The notes: generated by a model not told the origin, from the sequence alone. DNA of 40,313 nucleotides from Candidatus Hydrogenedentota bacterium (GCA_034669905.1 JAXMOL010000066.1:1-40313); one strand, 5' to 3'; positions 10,730 through 20,769 are shown, counted from the first letter of the stretch. Numbers and translations are program-made.

Positions 10730-13700
10730 TTAGCCCAACACGGGTTTCTTTCGAAGCGACAGAAGCAACGTGGAGGACAGGATAATCAAGAGTACTACAT
10801 CGCCCCCGTTGACGCCCCCCTTCTCCGACGGGGAATGACACAGGACAAAGGTTCCCGGCTCTTTTTCCCCCTCGCCTTCCCCCTCGCCTTCTCCCTCACC
10901 CGCCATGGCGGAAAGGGCGAAATTCAGTTCAAGGATCTGCCCACCGGAAAGCGTGGTGGTCTGGGTCGCATCGACAAAGCCCGGGGCCGATGCCGTGATG
11001 GTGTATTCGCCGTCCACCAGGGTCGTGAAGGTGTAGGCACCATCCACATTGAAGGTCACGACACGTCCGCCAGGATTGGCCGTAAGGGTCGCATCGAGAA
11101 TCGGCACACCGCTGCCATCCACCACAAGACAGACGATGGTACCCGCGAGCACCTGCCCGGCCTTGACCGCGAAAATCTGTTCGACCTGCTCCACGTTCAT
11201 GTTGTCGTCCATGGCGTACACGTCAATCACGTACTCGCCCGCGCGCTGGAAATTATCATAGACCGCTTCATACATCCCGTCATCCTGTTCTTCCAGATCG
11301 AACTGGGGACGACTTAGCACCACATTTTCCGCCACCTTGACCGTACCTGGCCACGTAACGACACACCAGACGCGGGCGATATCACCGGTCGCATCCGTCA
11401 CACCGCTGGCGAAAAAGGGCGCGGTACTTTCATCCTCGGGAATGGTGAAGTCTTGCGTCGTATTGGCCGCCATGGGCACCCCGTCGAAACTGTCCCGCCC
11501 GGCAAAAAGGGTATCCACTTCTTCCAGGGTATCGGTGGCCTCGTTGGGCACGCCGTTGCTGTTGGCGTCCACCTGGGGAGACTGGTAGCCTTGCTCGTCC
11601 CGCAGGGCACGTTGGGCCTCGGCGACGGCATCGCCAAAGGTCGCTCCGTTGAAGACCTCTTGGAACAGGGCATAAGAGAAGCTCAAGGTGCCCCCGGTGA
11701 GGAAATAGGCCGCTTCATTCTCGGCCGTACTTGTCACCACGATGCGATCGTCGCTTTCGTCTCCCGCCAGGGCGTCGAGGAAACTCCCCGACTGCGAGGC
11801 ATCATAGGTCAGCACCAGTTCGCCTTCGATCTGGGCCTCCAGGGTATCCAGCTGTTCATCGAGAACTTCCTTACGAATCGACTCGCTATTGTTCAGCCGG
11901 AACACATCCCGTTGCCCGAGACCGGTCATGTAGATGAACACGTGTTCGGAGCCAACAGCCCACCTGTTCAGACTATCTTCCAGGCCGTCCGCCGTAAGCG
12001 GCATGATGTCATCGGCCATACCGTTGCTATCCAAATCCAGGCTGGTATCGGCACTGAGATAGCGAATATTTTCCTTCCGGAAGCCCTGGTGTTCCAAAGC
12101 CCGATAGGCCATGTTACCGAGCATCTGGCTCGCGGTCCAGACGGGATTGTCCGGCACGTCGCCCCCGCTCACAATCAGAATAGCGCGGCTTTCCGGCGCA
12201 CCACTCTCGGGCTCGAAGCATTGAATGCGGTTGTGGCGACTATCGGCCACATAAAGGCGTCCGCCAGGTCCGAAGCTCAGTCCCCCGGGTTGCAGGAACT
12301 GGCCCGGTGAATCACCCGGACCACCAAGGGTCGCGAGATACGCCCCTTCTGGACTGAAGATCTGAACCCGGTTGTTCTGTGTGTCGGCCACGTACACATT
12401 GCCATCGGGGCCAATCGCCAATCCAGCTGGCTCGTTGAATTCCCCTTCGTGTTCGCCGAAACCGCCCCACGCGCGTACAAAGGTTCCCGTATTGGTGAAT
12501 TGCTGAATGCGGTGGTTGAAGGTGTCGGCCACATAGACGTTGCCGTCTTCATCTACCGCGATGTCTTGCGGGCCCGCAAACTCGCCGTCCCCTTCGCCAA
12601 AACGGCCGAAGCTCGATACGTCGCCCTCGGCCGTAAAGCGCTGTACCCGGTGACGCACAGGGTCATTGTTCCCATCGGGATCAATAACGTTTACAAAGGA
12701 GGTCTGGACGACAAAAATTGTCCCATTCGAATCAATGGCCATTCCGGTCGGGAAGACGGTCTCATCGCGTACGCCCGGCTCACCCATGACGTCGGGGATA
12801 TCCCGTTCATCGACAAAGGAGCCATCGGTCTCGAAGATCTGAAAGCGCGGTGCCGTTCCGGAATCGGAACTGTCCGTGTCGGCCACATAGACCCGGCCGG
12901 TGATCGGGTGAATCGCCAGGCCCTGGGGGCGCACGAAAAAACCGGGTGCGCCCCGGCCTTCCGCACCCCAGTTACGCTCGAACGCGCCATCGGTCTGAAA
13001 CTTCTGGATGCGGTGATTCTCCGTATCCGTGACATAAAAGTTTCCTGCCCCGTCAACCGCCACATCCGATGGAAAAGAGAAGTAACCGCTCCGATCCCCC
13101 TGGCTGCCGATCTGGTTGATAAAGCGTCCGCCCTGGGTGAACTTCTGCACCCGATCGTTTGACGTGTCGGCCACGAAGATATTGCCCTCCGCGCCCACGG
13201 CCACGCCCTCCACGTTGCCCAGTTGGCCCGGACGGGTGCCCGGCTCGCCGAAAAGCCCCAGAAAATCACCGTCATTGCTGAAGCGCTGGATCCGTCCGTT
13301 GAAGGAATCGGTGGCAATCACATCGCCATTGGCCGCCACCGCGATTCCGAAGGGCGTGTTAAAGGTGCCGCCCGAGTTTCCGGGCGTTTGGCCGCCATCT
13401 CCGAAGCTGCGCTCAAAAACCAGGAGGTCACTCAGCCGGATGATGCGAAAATTCACGGGATCGGCTACAAAGACGTGTCCCTGATTGTCCACCGCGATGC
13501 CGGGAGGCCATCCGCAGGGAATCAGGTCGGGCGCACAGCCTTCCACACTGGGGTCCGACGTGCCGTCTCCCACGAACTCGGTAATCAGTCCGAGGGGTGA
13601 AATCTTCTGCACGCGCAGATTGTCGCCCGCCGTGATATACATGTTGGCGTCCTCATCCACGGCAACCCCGGTCGGTGGAAAAGGGTCCCCCACGCCGTTA

Positions 13701-14125
13701 ACCCGCACATCGATTTCCCGTATGGGCTCGCCCTGCAACGTGAATACCTGAATCCGGCCATTGTCCGTATCCGCTACGTAGAGCCGTTCGGCACCGCTCA
13801 CATCGGGCCCTACGGCGACGCTCCGGGGGAAATTCAGCTCCCCCAGCGCAGACCCGAATCGCCCGAACTGGGTGATATATTGCCCATCGGAGGTGAATTT
13901 CCGGATACGGCTGTTGGAGGTGTCCGCCACGTAGAGGTTGTTCCCACGGTCGAGGGCGACCCCACCCGGCCGAAAAAAGTGCCACGGCTGCTGCAATTGG
14001 GGCCAGAGTCGCTGAAATCGGTAGTCCTCTGGCCCGCTCTCCCCGCCATAGGCCGATAGCCCCATCAACGAAAGTCCAAGTACTGCCCCCATCAGGCCGC
14101 GAACGAAATCATGTGAAATTCCCAA
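10730..14125 (-). CDS. Secreted NHL-repeat (tandem beta-propeller) protein with clan CD (C13/caspase-like) domain, carboxypeptidase-regulatory-like domain, (GE)6 linker and C-terminal Cys/GD-TM tail
   Basis: GAGGAGG RBS before TTG 14125, then a signal peptide. About 12 NHL repeats (F..P.GIAV...GN.YVADT.N.RIQ.F). RAILIVSGG...AYRALEHQGF...IRYLS domain. DGAYTFTTLVDGEYTITASAPGF. C-terminal TM followed by RKK. Confidence 0.88.
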   Translation of the reverse strand: MGISHDFVRGLMGAVLGLSLMGLSAYGGESGPEDYRFQRLWPQLQQPWHFFRPGGVALDRGNNLYVADTSNSRIRKFTSDGQYITQFGRFGSALGELNFPRSVAVGPDVSGAERLYVADTDNGRIQVFTLQGEPIREIDVRVNGVGDPFPPTGVAVDEDANMYITAGDNLRVQKISPLGLITEFVGDGTSDPSVEGCAPDLIPCGWPPGIAVDNQGHVFVADPVNFRIIRLSDLLVFERSFGDGGQTPGNSGGTFNTPFGIAVAANGDVIATDSFNGRIQRFSNDGDFLGLFGEPGTRPGQLGNVEGVAVGAEGNIFVADTSNDRVQKFTQGGRFINQIGSQGDRSGYFSFPSDVAVDGAGNFYVTDTENHRIQKFQTDGAFERNWGAEGRGAPGFFVRPQGLAIHPITGRVYVADTDSSDSGTAPRFQIFETDGSFVDERDIPDVMGEPGVRDETVFPTGMAIDSNGTIFVVQTSFVNVIDPDGNNDPVRHRVQRFTAEGDVSSFGRFGEGDGEFAGPQDIAVDEDGNVYVADTFNHRIQQFTNTGTFVRAWGGFGEHEGEFNEPAGLAIGPDGNVYVADTQNNRVQIFSPEGAYLATLGGPGDSPGQFLQPGGLSFGPGGRLYVADSRHNRIQCFEPESGAPESRAILIVSGGDVPDNPVWTASQMLGNMAYRALEHQGFRKENIRYLSADTSLDLDSNGMADDIMPLTADGLEDSLNRWAVGSEHVFIYMTGLGQRDVFRLNNSESIRKEVLDEQLDTLEAQIEGELVLTYDASQSGSFLDALAGDESDDRIVVTSTAENEAAYFLTGGTLSFSYALFQEVFNGATFGDAVAEAQRALRDEQGYQSPQVDANSNGVPNEATDTLEEVDTLFAGRDSFDGVPMAANTTQDFTIPEDESTAPFFASGVTDATGDIARVWCVVTWPGTVKVAENVVLSRPQFDLEEQDDGMYEAVYDNFQRAGEYVIDVYAMDDNMNVEQVEQIFAVKAGQVLAGTIVCLVVDGSGVPILDATLTANPGGRVVTFNVDGAYTFTTLVDGEYTITASAPGFVDATQTTTLSGGQILELNFALSAMAGEGEGEGEGEGEKEPGTFVLCHSPSEKGGVNGGDVVLLIILSSTLLLSLRKKPVLG

Positions 14126-14278
14126 ACCCTGTTCCTCCTCGTTTCATTGAGTATACCTGAAGAAATTCGTCCTGACACACGAAATTGGCAGCGGGTTGTC
14201 CCACGGAGGCGTTGACGACTTTCAGGTTGCCGTGTTAGCGTGAAAGCACCGCAGTCCGTCGATGGAGATAGGTTGTCC

Positions 14279-14719
14279 ATGAATGAAACGCACTTTCGCC
14301 TCCTCGAAGCCATGTATCACCAGGCGCCCTGTAACGCCTATTACAAGTCGGTCGTCCACATTTCCGAGGCCAGGGCAACGCTGACCTTGCCGCTGGCCCC
14401 CCACCTGCATCATGCGGCGGGCGCCGTCCACGGGGGCGCGTACTTCAAAGCCTTGGATGACGCCTCGTTCTTCGCAGCCAACTCCCTCGTAGAGGATGTC
14501 TTCGTGTTGACTGCCAATCTGAACCTCTACATCACCCGCCCCGTTGTCGACGGAAAACTCCGGGGCGAGGCCCGCGTCGTGGATCGCACCAAGACGCTGT
14601 TCATCGTGGAGGCGGTCGTCTTCGACAGTCAAGATCGCCAGGTGGCCCGAAGCACGGGCACCTTCATGCGCAGCCGAATCGCCCTGTCCCCCGAGATTGG
14701 ATACGGCGCCCGTCCCTGA
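14279..14719 (+). CDS. PaaI family thioesterase (hotdog fold)
   Basis: HAAGAVHGGAYFKALDDA, LTANLNLYITRPV and VARSTGTF motifs. GGAGA RBS before ATG 14279. Confidence 0.9.
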   Translation: MNETHFRLLEAMYHQAPCNAYYKSVVHISEARATLTLPLAPHLHHAAGAVHGGAYFKALDDASFFAANSLVEDVFVLTANLNLYITRPVVDGKLRGEARVVDRTKTLFIVEAVVFDSQDRQVARSTGTFMRSRIALSPEIGYGARP

Positions 14720-14874
14720 GGCTCCTCCCATCCCCCCCATTCCACGGCGATACGACAGGATAGGTTTTTATCCATTCATATCACCCCAGCAAACACCCCA
14801 TTTGCCCTCCGACACAGCCCATAGCCACCACAACATATGGCACCCTAAGCACTTAAGAAGATCCCGGCACCCTT

Positions 14875-14890
14875 TGGCACACTTCCGGCT
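14875..14890 (+). promoter_or_regulatory. Putative sigma54 (-24/-12) promoter of the rtc operon
   Basis: TGGCACACTTCCGGCT has GG and GC at the canonical spacing, though the TT before GC is missing. rtc operons are sigma54/RtcR-controlled in E. coli and Salmonella. Confidence 0.55.
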
Positions 14891-15265
14891 CTAGTTGTAG
14901 AGAATCACAACCTACGGAAAGCCGACGATGAACACGAAACCGCTTCAGAAACTATTCCACCCCGCTGAGGGAGGTGTATGGACCGGCATCTCCAGTCAGG
15001 ACACCACCGGGGGGTATACGATAAACGGGGCAGCGGGCAGCCGTACCATGCTTAGGATGATTCGATGGGGTATAATGGCGCCGAGGCAATCACCTTTTGA
15101 TTCCATTCCATCCGATCCCTACCTGACGCACCACCTCCGGGAAACGTGTGTATCCACGGAGGTCCGATCGGGGGCCAACCGTCCGATAGCCATCCGTCCC
15201 GACTGCGGCCGTGCGCATAACCTGTCGACACATACAACAGGGTCGACGTACAGAAGAGTCCAATC

Positions 15266-16306
15266 ATGAGTGACAACAAAACCACTGAATTCATTGAAGT
15301 TCCCGGCGCGGTTGGTGAAGGCGGAGGGCAGGTACTCCGAACGAGCCTGGCCCTTTCCATCATCACCGGAAAACCTTTCCACATCACCAATATCCGCGCC
15401 AGACGCAAGACCCGTGGTCTACGCGCCCAGCACCTTGCCTGCGTACGCGCGGCCGCCGAGATCTGCGGTGCGGAAGTTACCGGTGACGAAATCGGGTCGG
15501 GCGAACTACGCTTTATACCCGGTCCGGTGAAAGCCGGCGAATACAGCTTCGACATTGGCACGGCGGGCAGTACCACGCTGGTCCTGCAGACCGTATTGCT
15601 GCCCCTGCTCGGTGCGGACGAGCCCTCCAAGGTCGAGGTCACCGGCGGCACGCACAACCCCATGGCCCCGCCCGTAGAGTTCTTGAGCCGCTGTTTTCTT
15701 CCGGAGCTCGCAAAGATGGGCGCGGCCGTATCGCTGGAAATCGAGCGGGCCGGTTTTTACCCGGCGGGCGGCGGACGTATCGTGGCAACGATTGACCCTG
15801 TAGCCGAGTGGCAACCCTATTCCCTGACGGACGGTGGCGAAACGACCCTGGTTGAAGCCAGTGTAACCCTGTCCAAACTGCCCGAGCACATCGCCGAGCG
15901 GGAGCTGGAGACCATTCAACAAAAGTTGGGGCTGGAAGATGACGCCATGCACATCATCCTGGCGGAATCCGATGGTCCCGGGAACGTGGCCCAAATCATT
16001 GCCGAACGGGCCTATGTCACCGAGGTCTTCACCGGCTTTGGGGCGAAGACGATACCGGCAGAAAAGGTAGCGAAGGGCGTTGCGCGGGACTATCAGAACT
16101 ATCGGCGTAACACCGCTCCCGTCGGCGAACATCTGGCCGACCAGTTGCTCTTGCCCCTGGCGGTTGGTGCGGGTGGACGCTTCCGAAGCAGCAAGCTAAG
16201 TCAGCATACACGCACCAATGGACAAATCATTCAACTCTTTCTCCCCTCGAAAATACACGATGAGAAAGTCGACGAACACATCTGGGAAGTTCACGTCGCG
16301 CCCTAG
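15266..16306 (+). CDS. rtcA: RNA 3'-terminal phosphate cyclase
   Basis: GEGGGQVLRTSLALS, GLRAQHL, GTAGSTTLVLQT, GGTHNPMAPP, GFYPAGGG, EHLADQLLLPLA and HTRTN motifs. Confidence 0.96.
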   Translation: MSDNKTTEFIEVPGAVGEGGGQVLRTSLALSIITGKPFHITNIRARRKTRGLRAQHLACVRAAAEICGAEVTGDEIGSGELRFIPGPVKAGEYSFDIGTAGSTTLVLQTVLLPLLGADEPSKVEVTGGTHNPMAPPVEFLSRCFLPELAKMGAAVSLEIERAGFYPAGGGRIVATIDPVAEWQPYSLTDGGETTLVEASVTLSKLPEHIAERELETIQQKLGLEDDAMHIILAESDGPGNVAQIIAERAYVTEVFTGFGAKTIPAEKVAKGVARDYQNYRRNTAPVGEHLADQLLLPLAVGAGGRFRSSKLSQHTRTNGQIIQLFLPSKIHDEKVDEHIWEVHVAP

Positions 16307-16325
16307 ACCGACAAAGGAATACACC

Positions 16326-17717
16326 ATGAAGTCGCGAGATATCACGGCCCTCGGAATCCCGAAGCACCTCCTCAAGCTGGCCCAGCACACGTTGGCCTCC
16401 GCCCGTCAGGCGGGAATGAAAAAGCGGTCCCTACCCGATTTCATCACATCGGTTTGGACCAACCCGGAGGCCTATCTGACGGACCCGTACGCCGCCGAGC
16501 TCGCGAAGGCATTGGCTGACTATAAGGCCTCCGCCCAACATTTCATGCCCCGTGAGGCGCCTGCACCCTATCGTCAGTGGGGAAGGGATCTTGAACCCCA
16601 ATCCGTGCAGCAGATGGTACATGCCTGTGAATTACCCATTGCGGTGCGGGGTGCCCTCATGCCCGACGCACACCTCGGCTATGGCCTGCCCATCGGGGGT
16701 GTGCTCGGGACCCAGGGCGCGGTAATCCCCTATGCTGTCGGCGTGGACATCGCCTGCCGTGTGAAGCTGAGTGTGTTGGACCTCCCGGTGGAGCGGCTGA
16801 AAAAAGACGCAGAAGGGCTCACAAAAGTCCTGGTGGATGAGACGCGCTTTGGCATCGGTGCCCACTTCACCACGCGACGTCTACACGACGTGATGGATCA
16901 GGATTGGTCGGTCACGCCGACGACCCAGCGCCTGAAGGACAAGGCTTGGTCGCAACTCGGATCAAGCGGTGGTGGAAACCACTTTGTGGAGTTCGGCGTG
17001 TTTAACGTCGATCACGATATGCTGGGTGTGCCGGCCGGGAAATACCTTGCCCTTTTAAGTCATAGCGGCAGCCGGGGCACGGGTGCGGCGGTGTGCCAGG
17101 AATACAGCAAACGGGCCATGGCGACCCACCCGGGATTGCCGAAGGAACTGAAGCATCTCGCCTGGCTGGACCTGGACGGAGAAGATGGGCAGGAGTACTG
17201 GGCGGCCATGAGCCTTATGGGTGAATACGCTGCCGGGAATCACGCCTGTATCCACCGTCATATCACGGAGACTCTGGGTGCCGAAGTCCTTCTCGACGTG
17301 GAGAACCACCATAATTTTGCCTGGAAGGAAGTCCACGATGGAGAAGAATTGATCGTCCACCGCAAAGGCGCGACGCCTGCGGGCAAGGGGGTCTTGGGTA
17401 TTATTCCCGGCTCCATGGCCACACCCGCCTATGTGGTGCGTGGCCTCGGCCAGCCTGAATCCCTCGACAGCGCGGCCCACGGCGCCGGTCGGGTGATGAG
17501 CCGTAAGAAGGCTTATAAGACCCTGCGCTGGGATGATGCCAAGGCCTTCCTCAAGGAGCGGGATGTAACGCTGCTTTCGGCCGGGTTGGACGAAGTACCT
17601 GCAGTCTATAAGGATATCCACTCGGTCATGGCAGCCCAGGCCGACCTGGTGGAGCCCTTGGCCCAGTTCCAACCGAAGCTGGTGCGCATGGCCGACGGCG
17701 GTCCGGCAGAAGATTAG
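16326..17717 (+). CDS. rtcB: RtcB family RNA ligase with N-terminal extension
   Basis: AAGGA RBS. MPDAHLGYGLPIGG, VGVDIAC, GGGNHFVE, HSGSRG, HHNFAWKE, HRKGATPA, PGSM, HGAGRVMSR and DEVP.VYK motifs. Confidence 0.96.
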   Translation: MKSRDITALGIPKHLLKLAQHTLASARQAGMKKRSLPDFITSVWTNPEAYLTDPYAAELAKALADYKASAQHFMPREAPAPYRQWGRDLEPQSVQQMVHACELPIAVRGALMPDAHLGYGLPIGGVLGTQGAVIPYAVGVDIACRVKLSVLDLPVERLKKDAEGLTKVLVDETRFGIGAHFTTRRLHDVMDQDWSVTPTTQRLKDKAWSQLGSSGGGNHFVEFGVFNVDHDMLGVPAGKYLALLSHSGSRGTGAAVCQEYSKRAMATHPGLPKELKHLAWLDLDGEDGQEYWAAMSLMGEYAAGNHACIHRHITETLGAEVLLDVENHHNFAWKEVHDGEELIVHRKGATPAGKGVLGIIPGSMATPAYVVRGLGQPESLDSAAHGAGRVMSRKKAYKTLRWDDAKAFLKERDVTLLSAGLDEVPAVYKDIHSVMAAQADLVEPLAQFQPKLVRMADGGPAED

Positions 17718-17803
17718 GAGATTAAACCAACGTGACCGGGAGCAACGTCATTCCGTCATCCATAACGGGGTTTTATCCTCTGTTTCGCGTTCGTATCTGT
17801 TGC

Positions 17804-17870
17804 GGCGGCTAGGAAGACCCGCCCTCCGATCCGCCAACGTTTTGTTGGAGTGCGGGTTTCATTACCCGCA
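17804..17870. repeat. Inverted pair of GGAG-type REP-like palindromes
   Basis: Minus strand GGAG-GGCGGGTCTTCCTAGCCGCC (17827-17804) and plus strand GGAG-TGCGGGTTTCATTACCCGCA (17847-17870), separated by 19 nt. Confidence 0.45.
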
Positions 17871-17909
17871 GCAAGGTGGCCCCTTGCCGTAATCAGCGTA
17901 ATTGATAGT

Positions 17910-17954
17910 GAAACGGGCCCGCGCATGTCCTGGTGACAGCGCGGGCCCGATTTC
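17910..17954. terminator. Strong hairpin, probable bidirectional terminator between rtcB and the protease cluster
   Basis: GAAA-CGGGCCCGCGC-(aTGTCctggtGACA)-GCGCGGGCCCG-ATTTC. Confidence 0.7.
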
Positions 17955-17967
17955 GTTTCAGGAGATG

Positions 17968-20685
17968 CTACGGCCTGCGATTCACGATAGAGAGACCAAG
18001 CAAGGTAAACACGGCGACACCCAGGAGGAAGACGTCCGCCATGTAGTCTTTCACCCCGTTCACCGTACCATTGATGTTAAAGGTACACCCGTTGTTCTCA
18101 CCTTCACCTTCACCTTCACCTTCACCCTCGCCTTCACCCTCGCCTTCACCCTCGCCTTCACCCTCGCCTTCACCCTCGCCTTCACCGGCCGCGACCTGGG
18201 CCGCCAATTCAGAGGACGAGAGGAAACCATCGTTGTTGGTGTCTATCTCGTTAAACTGTGTCACCGTTAGTGTGGGCAAGACCCCCTGGGCCTCCACCAG
18301 GGACAACGCACCGTCATTGTCCACGTCTCCATCGGTGAGTCCGTCCAGCAAATCTTCTGCAATCATGGGAAGTGCTTCGCCTTCGCCTTCGCCTTCGCCT
18401 TCGCCTTCACCTTCACCTTCACCTTCACCTTCACCTTCACCTTCACCTTCACCTTCACCACCTTCGTCCGGGACGACATAGGAAATGGTCAGCATAGGAC
18501 GATTGGCCGCGCTCGCATGCTCCCTCGAGTCAAAGCGATTGGCACCCCCGACGACCGTCTCGTCTCCCAAGACAAACCAGCCAAAGTTGCTGTCGGGATC
18601 ATCGAGCCACAGCTGCACATCGTCGGCCATGTCGGGATCGGTCCACATATAGATTCCCGTGCTGGAAACTTCGGTCGCGGCGCGAACCCCGCCTTCACGG
18701 TCACCCCCTGGGGTGGACCAGAAATCACCATCGAAGAAGGTATGCAACCAGGTTGCGTCGTCCGTTTCTGCCATGGTGCCCGAACCACCTGGCTCGCCCG
18801 CGTCGGAAGCTCCTTCACCCCAATCGGATGCGGCGCGCTCCAGAACCACCTCGTGCGGACTCGTATCGCCTGTGCGGGACATGGTCATGGTCAACAGCAC
18901 TTCCAGAATGATGGCCTCGTCGGGTACTTCGCTCGCGATGTCGAAGGCGACGATACTTCTTCGCAAGAGTCCGCCATTGGTAACGCCCACGAACAGGTGG
19001 TTGCCCGACCCATTGGCGGTTTCTCCCGTTTCATCCTCGAACAGGGTGGCGTCTTTTGAGGACTCCAGGATGACAAACTCAATGTCATCCAGCGTCCCAT
19101 CGATCTCAAACAATTCCAGGGAACCACTGCCATCCACGTCCAAGGACTCAAATACAGAGAGATCCAATTCCGGAAATGCCGACTGTGCCTCCGAGAAACT
19201 CAGCCCTTCACTGAAATCGATATCCAGATCCTGGAACTCATCGAGTAATGTCGACAGGAAAAGCTCAATGTCGAACTCGCCTTCGCCTTCGCCTTCGCCT
19301 TCGCCTTCGCCTTCACCTTCACCTTCGCCTTCACCTTCACCTTCACCTTCGCCTTCGCCTTCGCCTTCACCTTCACCTTCACCTTCACCTTCGCCTTCAC
19401 CTTCGCCTTCTCCTTCTCCTTCTCCTTCTCCTTCTCCTTCTCCTTCTCCTTCTCCTTCTCCTTCGCCTTCGCCTTCGCCTTCACCTTCACCTTCACCTTC
19501 ACCTTCACCTTCACCTTCACCTTCACCTTCACCTTCACCTTCACCTTCACCTTCACCTTCACCTTCACCTTCACCTTCACCTTCGCCTTCTCCTTCTCCT
19601 TCACCACCATCACCGGCGGCGGCGTTGCTCCATCCCACGTCCAGCAGGGCACCTATCTCCAGATCGGCATAAGCGCGCATAGCAACACCAGCGCTGATGG
19701 CCGGCTCCATGACCGCCCCCCCCACAATATTGCCCAGATCCCAGTGGGCCAGACTACTGCCACTCTGGAAAGGATTCGGCGCGAAGACACCCGGTCGTAC
19801 TCCCTCGTTGTAATCCGAGAAGGTCTCCGGACCATCGAAAAACAATGCATCGCTCACCAGATCGTTCGCCGTCCCGGTGAATACGGGCGTAGAGCCCGCA
19901 AACAGACGGGCGCCACCGCTGGTCTCATTGAACGAGTCCCAGATGCTGTACACGTTGGAGAAGCTGGACGCGCCATTGGAGTCGGAGAAGGTCTTAATCC
20001 CCAGCCCGTGGGTAATCTCATGGAGCAACACGGAGAATAAATCGAACTCGTTGTTGAGCAACTCCTCCGCAGGCCCCGCGTGAAAGTTTGCCCCGAAGTT
20101 TACCGTCACGCCAATTTCGTCTACGCCGTTGGCTGGCTTCGAGCCCGTGAGCAGCCGCTGTTGGGCAATCCCGCTGGTAAAACCCGGGGTACTGAAAAAG
20201 CGGGTACCCGCCGAAGCAAGGGTTCCACCGCCCTGGGGCGTGATAGGCACATTCAGTGACTCACTCACCAGTATATCCAGGGTGCCCGGTTGATTGAGTA
20301 CATCCGCCACATAGCCCAATACTTCCGCCAATGCATACTGGCGGAGCGCACCCTCGGTACTGATCGATTGCCCCGAAGGCACGTCATTGGAATCCACCGC
20401 GGTCGGATCATCGAATCCAAAATCACGGTTGTTAATCACATCCAGGTAATACACGTTGAACGTGTTCTCGCCCGTTACGACGACCTGTGTCGGATCTCCC
20501 GGTGGGAGCGTACCGCCTTTTTGTCCCGTAAGCAGGTCTTCGGGCTGCACGGCACCGGCCTGGCAGAACACCTCCAGTGCTTCCGCTGTATGGGCACCAT
20601 AAATCAGGCTTCCGGCCAGGAGCGCCAGCACCCATAGCCCCGAAAGCAAATCCGCTACGCCAACCGTTCTGAAAAAAGTTCTCAT
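17968..20685 (-). CDS. Secreted zinc metalloprotease-domain surface protein (paralog 1): protease-(GE)55-EF-hand pair-DNRLRE-like domain-(GE)14-EF-hand pair-(GE)15-Cys/AD-TM tail
   Basis: Signal peptide. [16 protein letters not shown] and AVMEP. EF-hand-like [36 protein letters not shown] and [21 protein letters not shown]96-like [34 protein letters not shown]. Confidence 0.88.
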   Translation of the reverse strand: MRTFFRTVGVADLLSGLWVLALLAGSLIYGAHTAEALEVFCQAGAVQPEDLLTGQKGGTLPPGDPTQVVVTGENTFNVYYLDVINNRDFGFDDPTAVDSNDVPSGQSISTEGALRQYALAEVLGYVADVLNQPGTLDILVSESLNVPITPQGGGTLASAGTRFFSTPGFTSGIAQQRLLTGSKPANGVDEIGVTVNFGANFHAGPAEELLNNEFDLFSVLLHEITHGLGIKTFSDSNGASSFSNVYSIWDSFNETSGGARLFAGSTPVFTGTANDLVSDALFFDGPETFSDYNEGVRPGVFAPNPFQSGSSLAHWDLGNIVGGAVMEPAISAGVAMRAYADLEIGALLDVGWSNAAAGDGGEGEGEGEGEGEGEGEGEGEGEGEGEGEGEGEGEGEGEGEGEGEGEGEGEGEGEGEGEGEGEGEGEGEGEGEGEGEGEGEGEGEGEGEGEGEGEGEGEGEGEGEGEGEGEFDIELFLSTLLDEFQDLDIDFSEGLSFSEAQSAFPELDLSVFESLDVDGSGSLELFEIDGTLDDIEFVILESSKDATLFEDETGETANGSGNHLFVGVTNGGLLRRSIVAFDIASEVPDEAIILEVLLTMTMSRTGDTSPHEVVLERAASDWGEGASDAGEPGGSGTMAETDDATWLHTFFDGDFWSTPGGDREGGVRAATEVSSTGIYMWTDPDMADDVQLWLDDPDSNFGWFVLGDETVVGGANRFDSREHASAANRPMLTISYVVPDEGGEGEGEGEGEGEGEGEGEGEGEGEGEGEALPMIAEDLLDGLTDGDVDNDGALSLVEAQGVLPTLTVTQFNEIDTNNDGFLSSSELAAQVAAGEGEGEGEGEGEGEGEGEGEGEGEGEGEGENNGCTFNINGTVNGVKDYMADVFLLGVAVFTLLGLSIVNRRP
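18097..18186 (-). repeat. (GE)15 coding repeat, partly the 12-mer GAAGGCGAGGGT
   Basis: Read directly; in frame. Confidence 0.95.
18376..18459 (-). repeat. (GE)14 coding hexamer repeat
   Basis: Read directly; in frame. Confidence 0.95.
19276..19605 (-). repeat. (GE)55 coding hexamer microsatellite
   Basis: 330 nt of ccttc(a/g/t) units, in frame. Confidence 0.97.
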
Positions 20686-20769
20686 GATGATGTCCTGTAC
20701 GTTCGTCGGAAAATGCTATGGAAGCAGCGAAAGACCTCTTGTCCCTCCCGCGCCCACGGTGTTACAGGT

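Noticed and set aside
14838..14853. Second TGGCAC as a sigma54 site
   Set aside because: No GC at the -12 position at the required spacing.
15040..15125. tRNA gene in the rtcA leader
   Set aside because: No canonical T-arm (GTTCRA in a 5-bp stem) or cloverleaf. Kept only as an unspecified structured-RNA candidate.
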